Shown one piece after another: positions 41,794 to 51,078 of a DNA stretch of 64,000 nt. This DNA comes from an uncultured Gemmatimonadales bacterium. GTDB lineage: Bacteria > Gemmatimonadota > Gemmatimonadetes > Gemmatimonadales > GWC2-71-9. Numbering within the stretch: position 1 is the stretch's first letter; the number at the start of each line of letters is the position of its first letter. Below the pieces are notes generated by a model that saw only the letters and a program-made list of their open reading frames with translations, searched no databases and had not been told where the DNA came from. Made by a program: the position numbers and the translations under genes. The stretch spans positions 160,001-224,000 of the forward strand of contig CAWCVB010000001.1 in the NCBI GenBank assembly GCA_963798915.1. Direction: 5' to 3'.

Positions 41794-42034
41794 CATCTAC
41801 CTCCACCCAGGTCAGTCGAAGATCGGGCCCGCCCACGCGCACCAGTTCGGCCGTGGTCCCGTTGAACGGCGGTGCACTGAGGAGCGCATCCAGGCAGAAG
41901 CGAAAATTCTCCACCTCCACGCCGGCATCATCGCCGATTTCGATGGCGAGCCGGGGCACGGAGACGCCACCCTCGCGCTGCAGAACGTCCTCGGCCTGCC
42001 GGCACACTTCCAGCGCCAGGCTCAGCTCATGCAC
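41774..42034 (-). CDS. hypA: Short HypA nickel chaperone lacking the zinc finger
   Basis: GTG start gives MHELSLA; IEIGDDAGVEVENFRF; GPDLRLTWVEV; located between the protease gene and hypB. Confidence 0.85.
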   Translation of the reverse strand: MHELSLALEVCRQAEDVLQREGGVSVPRLAIEIGDDAGVEVENFRFCLDALLSAPPFNGTTAELVRVGGPDLRLTWVEVDDGCPDH

Positions 42035-42536
42035 TGGCAAGCTCAACGTGCCGGCGACAGTGATGGCGCATGCCCCTCAACCGCGCGGCGGCCAGCTCCA
42101 CCAGGTCCGGCAGGGTCGCCTCGACTGCCGGGCTCAGCCCGTAGCCCAGCTCCACCTGTTCCGGCTGGATCCCCAGCGTCACCAGGGTCTCCGGCATGGT
42201 GCCGCGCCACTCCATGAGCGCGAGCACCTCGCGCAGGTCGATCTGGTGCGGAGAAAGCTTGTGCTGGAAATAGCGTGGCAGCGCCGCACGTTCCAGCTCG
42301 ACCAGCGAGCCGGGGCGCGCACCGACGTTGATGGCATCGAGCAGCACCACACTGCGGTGATCCTCGAGCACCGGCAGCAGGTTCATGCCCCAGGTTCCGC
42401 CATCCAGCAACTCGACTTCCCGCGACAACGCATAGCCCTGCTTCAGCCGGTGCAGCGCGGCGAGGCCCACGCCGTCATCTCCCATGAGCGGGTTGCCCAG
42501 CCCGAGGACCAGTGTCGGCAGGCGAATGTCACTCAT
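42027..42536 (-). CDS. hyaD: Hydrogenase maturation endopeptidase (HyaD/HybD family)
   Basis: VLGLGNPLMGDDGVG, LLDGGT, LLDA, SPHQ. Confidence 0.93.
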   Translation of the reverse strand: MSDIRLPTLVLGLGNPLMGDDGVGLAALHRLKQGYALSREVELLDGGTWGMNLLPVLEDHRSVVLLDAINVGARPGSLVELERAALPRYFQHKLSPHQIDLREVLALMEWRGTMPETLVTLGIQPEQVELGYGLSPAVEATLPDLVELAAARLRGMRHHCRRHVELASA

Positions 42537-43263
42537 CGACAAAGTCATGATCGGACGGCACAAAGCGGCCGCCACTGATGATCGAGGAAATCACGCCGGT
42601 GCGTTCGAGGTGATCAGCACGAATGGCGAGATAGACGTGAATGGGAATGAAGATCACGAAGGCCCACGTCAGGACATGGTGGACAAAGCGCACCACCGGC
42701 ATCCCGCCGAACAGCGGTCCGATCCAGTTGGTCAGCGAATAGATGAGCCCGTCAGGGTTGGACTGGCCATAGAGCGCAAACCCGGTCACGACCATGAGGG
42801 CAGCCACGAGATAGATGGCCGTGTAGCTGAGCTGCTGCAGGGGATTGTGCCCCAGATAGCGGGGCGCCTTCTCCGGCTTGATCATCAGGTAGAACTTGAT
42901 CATCCGCAGGAGGTTGACCCAGTCCCGCGGCCGCACTGGAAAGAGCGCGACCAGCCGTTCGTACCGGTTGCCCATGAAGAGCCAATAGGCACGCACGATG
43001 GCGGTCATGACCAAAACTGCGGCCGCCGCAAAATGAATGAACCGGACCCACCCCATCATGTAATGCGCACTTGCCTCGCCGGTGGTCATGAAGTACGGCT
43101 TGCCGATGAACAGCCCGGTCACCACCAGCACCAGCACGGCCAGCACGGCAGTCCAGTGCATGGCCCGGATGGGCCACTCCCAGAGGTAGACCCAGCGATA
43201 CTGCCCGGTGGGCGGAGGCACCTTGGCCGCGAGCGAGACGCGCACACGCTGGGCGCTGGTCAT
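42529..43263 (-). CDS. hyaC: Ni/Fe-hydrogenase b-type cytochrome subunit
   Basis: WEWPIRAMHW, RFIHF, GHNPLQQ, FVHHVLTW..IHVY. Confidence 0.95.
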   Translation of the reverse strand: MTSAQRVRVSLAAKVPPPTGQYRWVYLWEWPIRAMHWTAVLAVLVLVVTGLFIGKPYFMTTGEASAHYMMGWVRFIHFAAAAVLVMTAIVRAYWLFMGNRYERLVALFPVRPRDWVNLLRMIKFYLMIKPEKAPRYLGHNPLQQLSYTAIYLVAALMVVTGFALYGQSNPDGLIYSLTNWIGPLFGGMPVVRFVHHVLTWAFVIFIPIHVYLAIRADHLERTGVISSIISGGRFVPSDHDFVDE

Positions 43264-44975
43264 TGGACCTTGACCTCCACCACTGGCGCACCGGTCGCAT
43301 CGAGCACGTGCACGCCGCAGGCCATGCAGGGATCAAAGGAGTGAATCGTGCGCAGGATTTCGAGCGGCTGGTCCGGCCGCACCAGTGGATGGTTGTCCAC
43401 CAGCGACGCCTCATAGGGCCCCATCTGCCCCTCTGCGTCACGGGGCGAGCAGTTCCAGGTGCTGGGTACCACGCACTGATACCGGGCAATCTTCCCCGCG
43501 TGGATCTGCACCCAGTGTCCCAGTGCGCCGCGCGGCGCATCCAGGTAGCCGTAGCCCTCCGCCGTGTCCGGCCAGGTTGAGGGATCCCAGTGGGTCTTGT
43601 CGAAGGTGCGGGTGTCGCCATTCCGGACCCGTTCGATGAGCGAGTCCAGCCAGACCTCCATGCGCCGGGCAATGAGCACCGTCTCGATGCCCCGGGCCGC
43701 TGTCCGTCCCAGGGTACTGAAGAGCGCCGCCGGTCCGACATCGAGCCGTCGCAGCGCCTCGGCGACCAAAGCCGTTGCCTCCTGATGACCGGAGGCATAC
43801 GCCACCAGCATGCGGGAGAGCGGCCCGACCTGCATCGCCTTCCCCTCGTAGCGGGGCGCCTTCATCCACGTGTACTTGTCCTGCCCCTGCAGGTAGTCGA
43901 ACGGCGGCGTGGGGCCGGTGTACTTGGGCCGGGTCTCGCCTTCCCAGGGATGCAGGCCGGCCGCGTCGCCCTTGGAGTATTCGTACCACGAACTGGTGAT
44001 GTACTCCTTCACCTTCTTGTGGTCGTAGGGATGGACCGTGCCGAGGTCCTGATCGAGGATGATCCCGCGGGGGAAGTACAGCTTGTCGATGTCGTTGACC
44101 CCCGCCTCGGGAAACTCGCCCACGGCCAGATGGTTCCGGACTCCGCCACCGATGGATGCCCAATCCTTGTAGTAGCCCGCGATGGCCACCAGGTCGGGCC
44201 AGTAGACCTGCTCCACGAAGGCGCGTGCACGGTGGACCATGCCCTGGATATCGGTGAGCCGCTCGGCGTTGATCGTGGCGGTGCCATCGAGGTTGATGGC
44301 GCTCGCCATGCCGCCCACCAGGAAATTCGGGTGCGGGTTCTTGCCGCCGAAGATCGTATGCAGCCGGATGACGTCGCGCTGCCAGTCCAGCGCCTCGAGG
44401 TAGTGCGCCACGGCCAGGAGGTTGACTTCGGGCGGCAGCTTGTAGGCGGGGTGCCCCCAGTAGCCATTGGTGAAGATGCCGAGCTGTCCTCCGGCCACAA
44501 ACTTCTTGAGCCGATCCTGCACCTCGGCAAAGTGGGTCTCCGAGTTGTTGGGCCAGGGCGAAATCTGGCGGGCCACGCGCGCCGTCGCCGCGGGATCGGC
44601 GTCCAGCGCGCTCACCACATCCACCCAGTCGAGCGCGTGCAGGTGATAGAAATGAATCACGTGGTCCTGGATGAACTGCATTCCGTGAACCAGGTTTCGT
44701 ATCAGGTTCGCGTTGGGCGGAATGGTGATGCCAAGGGCGTCTTCCACCGCCCGGCAGGAAGCCACCGCGTGAACCACCGTGCACACGCCGCAGATGCGCT
44801 GGGTAAAGGCCCAGGCGTCACGCGGATCGCGGCCCTGCATGATGATCTCGATCCCGCGAAACTGGGTGGAGTGAGCCCACGCATTGGTAATTTTTCCGCC
44901 ATCGGCCTGCGCTTCGATGCGGAGGTGGCCCTCGATGCGGGTGATGGGGTCAACAACGACTTTCGTGGCGGCCAT
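43260..44975 (-). CDS. hyaB: Group 1 [NiFe]-hydrogenase large subunit
   Basis: DPITRIEGH, L1 QRICGVCTVVH, L2 SFDPCMACGVH plus a 15-aa cleavable tail. Confidence 0.97.
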   Translation of the reverse strand: MAATKVVVDPITRIEGHLRIEAQADGGKITNAWAHSTQFRGIEIIMQGRDPRDAWAFTQRICGVCTVVHAVASCRAVEDALGITIPPNANLIRNLVHGMQFIQDHVIHFYHLHALDWVDVVSALDADPAATARVARQISPWPNNSETHFAEVQDRLKKFVAGGQLGIFTNGYWGHPAYKLPPEVNLLAVAHYLEALDWQRDVIRLHTIFGGKNPHPNFLVGGMASAINLDGTATINAERLTDIQGMVHRARAFVEQVYWPDLVAIAGYYKDWASIGGGVRNHLAVGEFPEAGVNDIDKLYFPRGIILDQDLGTVHPYDHKKVKEYITSSWYEYSKGDAAGLHPWEGETRPKYTGPTPPFDYLQGQDKYTWMKAPRYEGKAMQVGPLSRMLVAYASGHQEATALVAEALRRLDVGPAALFSTLGRTAARGIETVLIARRMEVWLDSLIERVRNGDTRTFDKTHWDPSTWPDTAEGYGYLDAPRGALGHWVQIHAGKIARYQCVVPSTWNCSPRDAEGQMGPYEASLVDNHPLVRPDQPLEILRTIHSFDPCMACGVHVLDATGAPVVEVKVQ

Positions 44976-44978
44976 CGC

Positions 44979-46133
44979 TCACTCCTCCCCGCCAGCCGCA
45001 GGCGGCTGGCTGTCAGCACCCTGATCGAGCACCGGCAGACGCCGGCGCTCGCGCGCCTGATGAATTCCGGTGGCCACGGCATGTGCCGTGACGCCTGCGG
45101 CAGCACCCAACGCCAGTGAGGCGCCGAGTATGTCCACCGTGCGCTCGACACCGAAGCCGCCCACATCGGGCAGTCGGTCATAGAACGGCGTCATGGTGTC
45201 CCAGAAGTTGCGTTCGGTGCAGCCGATGCAGGGGTGGCCCGCGCCAATGGGCCAGCTGGTGCCGCTGTTCCATTCGAAGATCGGGCAGGGAGAGAAGGTC
45301 TCCGGTCCCTTGCAACCGACGTGATACAGGCACCAGCCGCGCCGGGCGTTGTCGTCGTCGAACTCCTCGACGTACTGGCCGGCGTCAAAGTGGGCCCGGC
45401 GGGGGCACTGGTCATGGATCCGCTTGCCGTAGGCAAAGAGCGGGCGCCCGTCGGAATCAGCGGCAGGGAGGCGGCCAAAGGTGAGGTAGTGTGCTACGGT
45501 GGCGGTCACCACGTCGGCAATCGGAGGACAGCCGGCAATGTTGAGCACCGGGCGGTCCTTGATGACCTGGCCCACGCCCACTGCTCCGGTCGGGTTGGGC
45601 CGGGCGGCCTGCACGCTTCCCCAATGGGCACACGCGCCGACCGCGAGCACCGCTACCGCGCCAGCGGCCGCCTCTTCGAGGACCGCCTTGGCGGTCCGCC
45701 CGCCGATCGTGGTATAAATGCCGCCCTCGGCCATCGGAACCGACCCGGTTACGACCAGCAGATACTTGCCGGCGTTGGCCTTCATTGCGGCCTGCAGCGC
45801 GGCTTCGGCCTGGTGTCCCGCTGCCGCCATGAGGGTGTGGCTGTAATCGAGCGAGATGGTATCGAGTACCAGATCGCCGATGGTGGGAGAGCTGGTGCGC
45901 AGCACGCTCTCCACGCAGCCGGTGCACTCCTGGAGCTGGATCCAGATCACCGACGGTCGCTTGATCGCGGCCAGGGCGTTCGCCATGCGGGCGCCGGCTG
46001 ACGCACCCAGCCCCAGCACGACGGCCAGGCCGCCACAGTACTCCACAAATTCCCGGCGGGACACGCCGTTGGCGGTAAGACGATCGCCAAGGGTCTCGTC
46101 CTTGGCCCATGCTTGAAGCGTTGGCAGCGACAT
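44979..46133 (-). CDS. hyaA: Group 1 [NiFe]-hydrogenase small subunit with Tat signal and C-terminal anchor
   Basis: SRREFV Tat motif; ECTGC, GAC, GCPP, HDQCPRR, CLYHVGCKGP, GHPCIGC. Confidence 0.96.
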   Translation of the reverse strand: MSLPTLQAWAKDETLGDRLTANGVSRREFVEYCGGLAVVLGLGASAGARMANALAAIKRPSVIWIQLQECTGCVESVLRTSSPTIGDLVLDTISLDYSHTLMAAAGHQAEAALQAAMKANAGKYLLVVTGSVPMAEGGIYTTIGGRTAKAVLEEAAAGAVAVLAVGACAHWGSVQAARPNPTGAVGVGQVIKDRPVLNIAGCPPIADVVTATVAHYLTFGRLPAADSDGRPLFAYGKRIHDQCPRRAHFDAGQYVEEFDDDNARRGWCLYHVGCKGPETFSPCPIFEWNSGTSWPIGAGHPCIGCTERNFWDTMTPFYDRLPDVGGFGVERTVDILGASLALGAAAGVTAHAVATGIHQARERRRLPVLDQGADSQPPAAGGEE

Positions 46134-46280
46134 CGAGAATCCTCCGGTCCACACTTGACTTGGGACCGGCGGCGGGCGGGCGCCCGTCGTCGGAGGCCCG
46201 CGCGGGCGGGCATCCCCGGTGGGGATGGGATGTACGATGCCACGGAGGCGATGAAGGCTGGATGAAGAAGGGGTGAAAAC

Positions 46281-46335
46281 AAGACGGGCAAGATGGGCAG
46301 GACGGGCAGGACGGGCGGGATGGGGGAATGGGGGG
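46281..46335 (+). repeat. Degenerate 9-mer array (GGGCAGGAC/T)
   Basis: Lies in the divergent intergenic region upstream of the hydrogenase. Confidence 0.75.
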
Positions 46336-46506
46336 GCCGTCGGCGCCAGAGCCGTCCAAGGATGCAGAGTCATCCAAGACAGGGAGTCGTTTCCGTCCCA
46401 ATTTGCAGCGGCTATGGTTGGCCTCGACCCATCCGCGCCAAGGGTTGGCGTCGGGGCAGAGCCGCGACTCCTGCCGGTCCCTGCTTCCCTGATTCCGGAG
46501 TGGCCC

Positions 46507-47283
46507 GTGAGCAAATTGACCATGACGACCGGATCGCTGCTGGTCCTGACCCTGTTACCGTGCGCCAGGGCGGTGGCTCAGGCTCCAGGCACCGCCGTGA
46601 CCATCCCTGACAGCATCACGCCTGAACGGGTAGCCGTGGGCAGCGATCTCTTCAACGGCGGCAGCTGTGTGGCATGCCATGCGGTAGCAGGCATGGGCGT
46701 GGGGCGCTGGGCACCCAACCTGGCGGACCGGGAATGGCTCCATAGCGAGGGCGATTACGACGGAATCATGCATACCATCTTCTGGGGCGTGGAGAAGGAG
46801 CAGTTCAAGGCCGTGACGCCAAGGCGGTTCGAGATGAACCCGCAGGGGGGCATGCAACTTACGCGTGAGCAACTCAAGGCGGTCGTGGCCTATGTCTGGA
46901 CCATCAGCCGTCCTGCCACCAATCAACTGGTTGCCGCACAGCAGCAGTTCGTGACGCTGGCTCGCAGCGGCAAGGCGGCCGATGCCGCGGCCATGTTCGA
47001 TGCGGCGAAAAAGAAGGACTCGGACCATCTCCTGCTTGCCGAAAACGCGCTCAACCGGCTGGGCTATGAGCTGCTTCCCGACACACCCAGGGAGGCGCTG
47101 GCGCTCTTTCAGCTCAACGCCCGCGCGCATCCCGACTCGTGGAACGTGTACGACAGCCTTGGCGAGGCCGAGGCCGCACTGGGGAACAAGGCCGAGGCCA
47201 TCCGCAACTACCAGCAGTCGCTCAAGCTGAACCCCAAGAATGACAATGCTGCCAAGAAATTGAAGGAGTTGCGGGGCGGCTGA
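46507..47283 (+). CDS. Exported monoheme cytochrome c fused to a TPR domain
   Basis: Signal peptide; CVACH; APNLADREWLH; FEMNPQGG (possible axial Met); LNRLGYEL..NVYDSLGEA..YQQSLKLNPKN. Confidence 0.85.
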   Translation: MSKLTMTTGSLLVLTLLPCARAVAQAPGTAVTIPDSITPERVAVGSDLFNGGSCVACHAVAGMGVGRWAPNLADREWLHSEGDYDGIMHTIFWGVEKEQFKAVTPRRFEMNPQGGMQLTREQLKAVVAYVWTISRPATNQLVAAQQQFVTLARSGKAADAAAMFDAAKKKDSDHLLLAENALNRLGYELLPDTPREALALFQLNARAHPDSWNVYDSLGEAEAALGNKAEAIRNYQQSLKLNPKNDNAAKKLKELRGG

Positions 47284-47395
47284 CCCTGGTTTGCGTGGGG
47301 GACAGGGCGGCTTCAGCTTTCAGCCTTCAGCCCTTAGCTTCCCGGATCCCTGCCACCCTCAGCCCTGACACTCTCATGCGCCGCCTGACGCTGCC

Positions 47396-49022
47396 TGCCG
47401 CCGCCCTCATCGTGCTCGCCATGCCGCTGCACGCCCAGGACACCACCACCTACACCCATGCCGACACGCTCAAGGGCTCGCTAACCGCGCCGGAGCGAAC
47501 CTGGTGGGACGTGTCCTTCTATGACCTGCACGTCAAGGTCAACCCAGCTGACAGCAGCATCAGCGGCTGGAACGGCATAACCTATCGCGTGCTGGACCGT
47601 CCGAGGGAGATGCAGATCGACCTGCAGGCGCCGCTGGGCGTGGACAGCATGGTCCAGGACGGCCGAAAGCTGAAGGTGAGGCAGGACGGCAATGCGTGGT
47701 TCGCTGGCATCACCGGCAAGCAAAACAAGGGCGACACCCGCACGATCACGGTGTACTACCATGGCAAGCCCACGGTGGCCGTGCGCCCCCCGTGGGACGG
47801 GGGATTCACCTGGGGCCACGACAGTCTGGGCAAGCCCTGGATCGTTACCACCGACCAGGGCATCGGCGCCAGCATCTGGTGGCCCAACAAGGACGTTCAG
47901 GCCGACGAGCCGGACAGCCAGCGGATCGCCATCACCATGCCGGACCCGCTGGTGGAACTCTCCAATGGGCGGCTTCGGAGCGTGGAGCACCATGCCGACG
48001 GCAGCACCACCTGGGAATGGTTCGACCAGAACCCGATCAACAACTACGCCATCACCATCAACGCCGGCGACTACACCCACTTCAGTGACATCTATTACGG
48101 CGAGCGCGGTCCGCTCACGCTCGACTACTGGCCGCTCTCGTATCACCTGACTGCCGCGCAGCACACCTTTGCCCAGACGCCCGCCATGCTGCAGTGCTTC
48201 GAGCACTGGTTCGGTCCGTACCCATGGTATGAGGATGGCTACAAGCTGATCGAGGTGTCACACAACGGGATGGAACACCAGAGCGCGGTAGCCTACGGCA
48301 ACGGTTTCACCAACGGCTACCACTACAACAATGTCTCACGCAGCCGCTACGGGATGATGTTCGACTTCATCATCATCCATGAGAGCGCCCACGAGTGGTT
48401 CGGCAACAACATCACCGCGCGGGACAACGCCGACATGTGGGTGCATGAGAGCTTCGCGAACTACGCGGAAAACCTCTACGTCGAGTGCCGTTTCGGGAAG
48501 GAAGCGGGGGCGCAATACGTGATCGGCACGCGGGGCGGCATCCGCAATGACAAGCCGGTGATTCCACCGAGGGGGGTCAATGCCCAGGGATCGGGCGACA
48601 TGTATCCCAAGGGCGGGAACATGCTGCACACCATTCGCCAGATCGTGGGGAACGACTCCACCTGGCGCGACATTCTCCGGGGACTCAACCACACCTTCTG
48701 GCACCAGACCGTGGATGGCCAGCAGGTCCGCGACTACATCAGCCAGCATGCCGGCACCGACCTCGGCAAGGTCTTCCAGCAGTACCAGGAGACCACCATG
48801 GTGCCGGAACTGGACTACCGCATCAGCGGGAACACGCTGTCCTACCGCTGGAACCATGTCGTGCCGGGCTTTGCCATGCAGGTGGGCGTAACGCTCGCCG
48901 ACGGCAAGTTTACCGTGATCCACCCGGCCGAGAGCTGGCAGACCACCACGCTCTCGCTCGGCTCGGCGGACGACTTCAAGGTGGACCCGGATTATTACGT
49001 GACGGCGAAAAGGGTGGAGTAG
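47396..49022 (+). CDS. M1 family aminopeptidase, exported
   Basis: GMEH and HESAHEWFGN..WVHESF. Confidence 0.93.
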
Positions 49023-49032
49023 GGGTGGCGTG

Positions 49033-49282
49033 CGGTCGCGGGTCGCGGGTCGCGGGTCGCGGGTCAAAACTCGCGCGAGCGTCACCCCGACGAAAGTCGG
49101 GGTCCATGAGGGCTCACCCGACGAGAATCACCATGTCCGGGGCCCTCATGGATTCCTGCTTCCGCAGGAATGACGCAAAGCTGAGTTCGGACGCTCAACT
49201 GATGACTGACAACTGACGACCGACGACCGACGACTGACAACCGACGACTGACGACCTGCCGGCGACTGACGACCCTCGACTG
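49033..49282. repeat. Composite element: (GGTCGCG) x 4, REP-like family A (49081..49174) and (GACGACC/T) heptamer array
   Basis: Read directly; lies between convergent genes. Confidence 0.88.
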
Positions 49283-49321
49283 CACGCCCCATGCTGGCCT
49301 CAGATTGGCGAGAATCCGTGG

Positions 49322-50047
49322 TCAGTCCAGGATGGGAGGTTCGTCTGCCGGCGGCGTGTTGGGCCCCGGGCGGTCGGTCCGCCGCCGGTCGCGCCGCTGG
49401 CCGGCTTCGTACCATCGGCGGGTGATCTCACCGGCCAGTTCGCGATTGCCCAGGCCAAAGGCGAGTCCGGCCGCCAGCGCCACGGCGCCCAGGATCAGGG
49501 TGAACGCCGCCGTCACGATATCCTCTGCCACGCCGATCTGCTGCAGTGCCATGAACAGCGCAATCAGGATCACGGCACCCTTGGCCACCTTGGCCACTGT
49601 CGGCACGCCGGCCACCGAGCCGGCTGACGCCAGGATCAGCGCCCGGACGAACTCGCCAACGATCATCCCGAGAATGACGATCACAATGGCGGCGATGAGC
49701 GTGGGGATGTAACCCAGCATCGCCCCGAACATGCGGTTGATGCTGTCCAGCCCGAGTGCCGTGCTCGCCAGCAGGATCACCACCAGCATGACCAGCCAGA
49801 AGATCAGCTTGGCCAGGGCCCGCACCGGATCCAGGCGGGAACCGGTGCGGCCCACCGCCTCGTCGAGCCCGCCGGCGTGTGCCATCCGATTGAAGTCGAG
49901 CCGCTTGAGCGTGTCATCCGTCCAGCGCTGGATCTGCCGCGCCAGCAGGTAGCCGGTGACGAGGATCAGCGTCGCGCCGATCAGCGCCGGCAGCATGCTG
50001 CCGATCTGTTCGGCTCCGAGCAGGAGGCGTTGCCAGAGTTCAGTCAT
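49322..50047 (-). CDS. TM-helix membrane protein (MscS-associated/CmpX-like)
   Basis: LPALIGATLILVTGY..YIPTLIAAIVI..ALAAGLAFGLG. Confidence 0.85.
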   Translation of the reverse strand: MTELWQRLLLGAEQIGSMLPALIGATLILVTGYLLARQIQRWTDDTLKRLDFNRMAHAGGLDEAVGRTGSRLDPVRALAKLIFWLVMLVVILLASTALGLDSINRMFGAMLGYIPTLIAAIVIVILGMIVGEFVRALILASAGSVAGVPTVAKVAKGAVILIALFMALQQIGVAEDIVTAAFTLILGAVALAAGLAFGLGNRELAGEITRRWYEAGQRRDRRRTDRPGPNTPPADEPPILD

Positions 50048-51078
50048 GGGAAACCTCGATGACGACCTTGCCGATATGGTCGCCCGCTCTGGAGGCGGCG
50101 GTATGCGTCAACACCCTGCTCCAGCGGCACCACCCGGTCTATCGTGGGCCAGAGGCGTCCCGCATGGGCCTGCGCCACGATGGCCGCAAATTCCCTGCGA
50201 TTTCCCATGGTTGAGCCGAGAATGCTCCACTGGTGCCAGAAGAGCCGGCGCGCGTCCAGCGCCAGCGCTGGGCCTGAGGTGGCGCCGCACACCACGATGC
50301 GGCCATTGCGGCTCACCACGCGCAATGTGGAAGCCCAGGTCGCTTCGCCCACGGAGTCCAGCACCACGTCAGCGCCCCGGCGGGCGGTGATTTCCTTGAC
50401 CCGTGCGATGACGTCATCCTTGCGGTAGTCCAGCAGATGGTCGGCTCCGATCGCTGCCGCGGCCTCGAGCTTGGGGCCGGAACCGGCCACGATGACCCTG
50501 GCGCCAAGCTGCCGGCCCAGGCGGATGGCCGCCTGCGAGACGCCCCCACCCGCCCCCCACACGAACAGCGTCTCGCCCCCGACCAGGTGGGCACGCGTCA
50601 TCAGCATCCGCCACACCGTCAAGGTGGCGAGGGGGAAAGCGGCCGCGCTTCCCCACTCCATGGCGCTCGGCACCGGCGCCACGTTGACGGCTGGCAGGGT
50701 GACCAGTTCCGCGATGGTGCCGCCGCGATGCTCGCCCAGAATGGCGAATTGCTCGCACAGGGATTCTTCCTGGGCTCGGCAGAAGCGACACTCGCCGCAT
50801 GACACGCCGGGATTGAGCATGACCCGCTCGCCCGGCCGAACGCTGCTGACGCCCTCGCCCACCGCCTCCACCACCCCGGCACCGTCAGACCCGACGACGA
50901 ACGGCCAGTCGTGGCGCGCGCCGGGCAGGCCGCTCGCCACAAAAAGGTCGAGCCGGTTGAGCGCGGCGGTGCGCATCCGCACCCGCACCTCGGAAGGCCC
51001 GGGCGACGGAGCGTCGGGCATGGTCACAACCTGGAGCGCCTCGATGCCACCCGGCCCCGTGAGCGCGAGAGCGCGCAT
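50044..51078 (-). CDS. Zinc-binding MDR dehydrogenase/quinone oxidoreductase; C-terminus probably frameshifted near 50085
   Basis: ALNRLD, GSDGAG, CGECRFC..C, GAGGGV; removing one G restores ..GDHIGKVVIEV. Confidence 0.92.
   Translation of the reverse strand: MRALALTGPGGIEALQVVTMPDAPSPGPSEVRVRMRTAALNRLDLFVASGLPGARHDWPFVVGSDGAGVVEAVGEGVSSVRPGERVMLNPGVSCGECRFCRAQEESLCEQFAILGEHRGGTIAELVTLPAVNVAPVPSAMEWGSAAAFPLATLTVWRMLMTRAHLVGGETLFVWGAGGGVSQAAIRLGRQLGARVIVAGSGPKLEAAAAIGADHLLDYRKDDVIARVKEITARRGADVVLDSVGEATWASTLRVVSRNGRIVVCGATSGPALALDARRLFWHQWSILGSTMGNRREFAAIVAQAHAGRLWPTIDRVVPLEQGVDAYRRLQSGRPYRQGRHRGFP

Noticed and set aside
43260..44975. [NiFeSe] hydrogenase suggested by the nearby selD
   Set aside because: The L2 motif is DPCMAC with Cys codons and there is no in-frame TGA; SelD itself is the Cys form.
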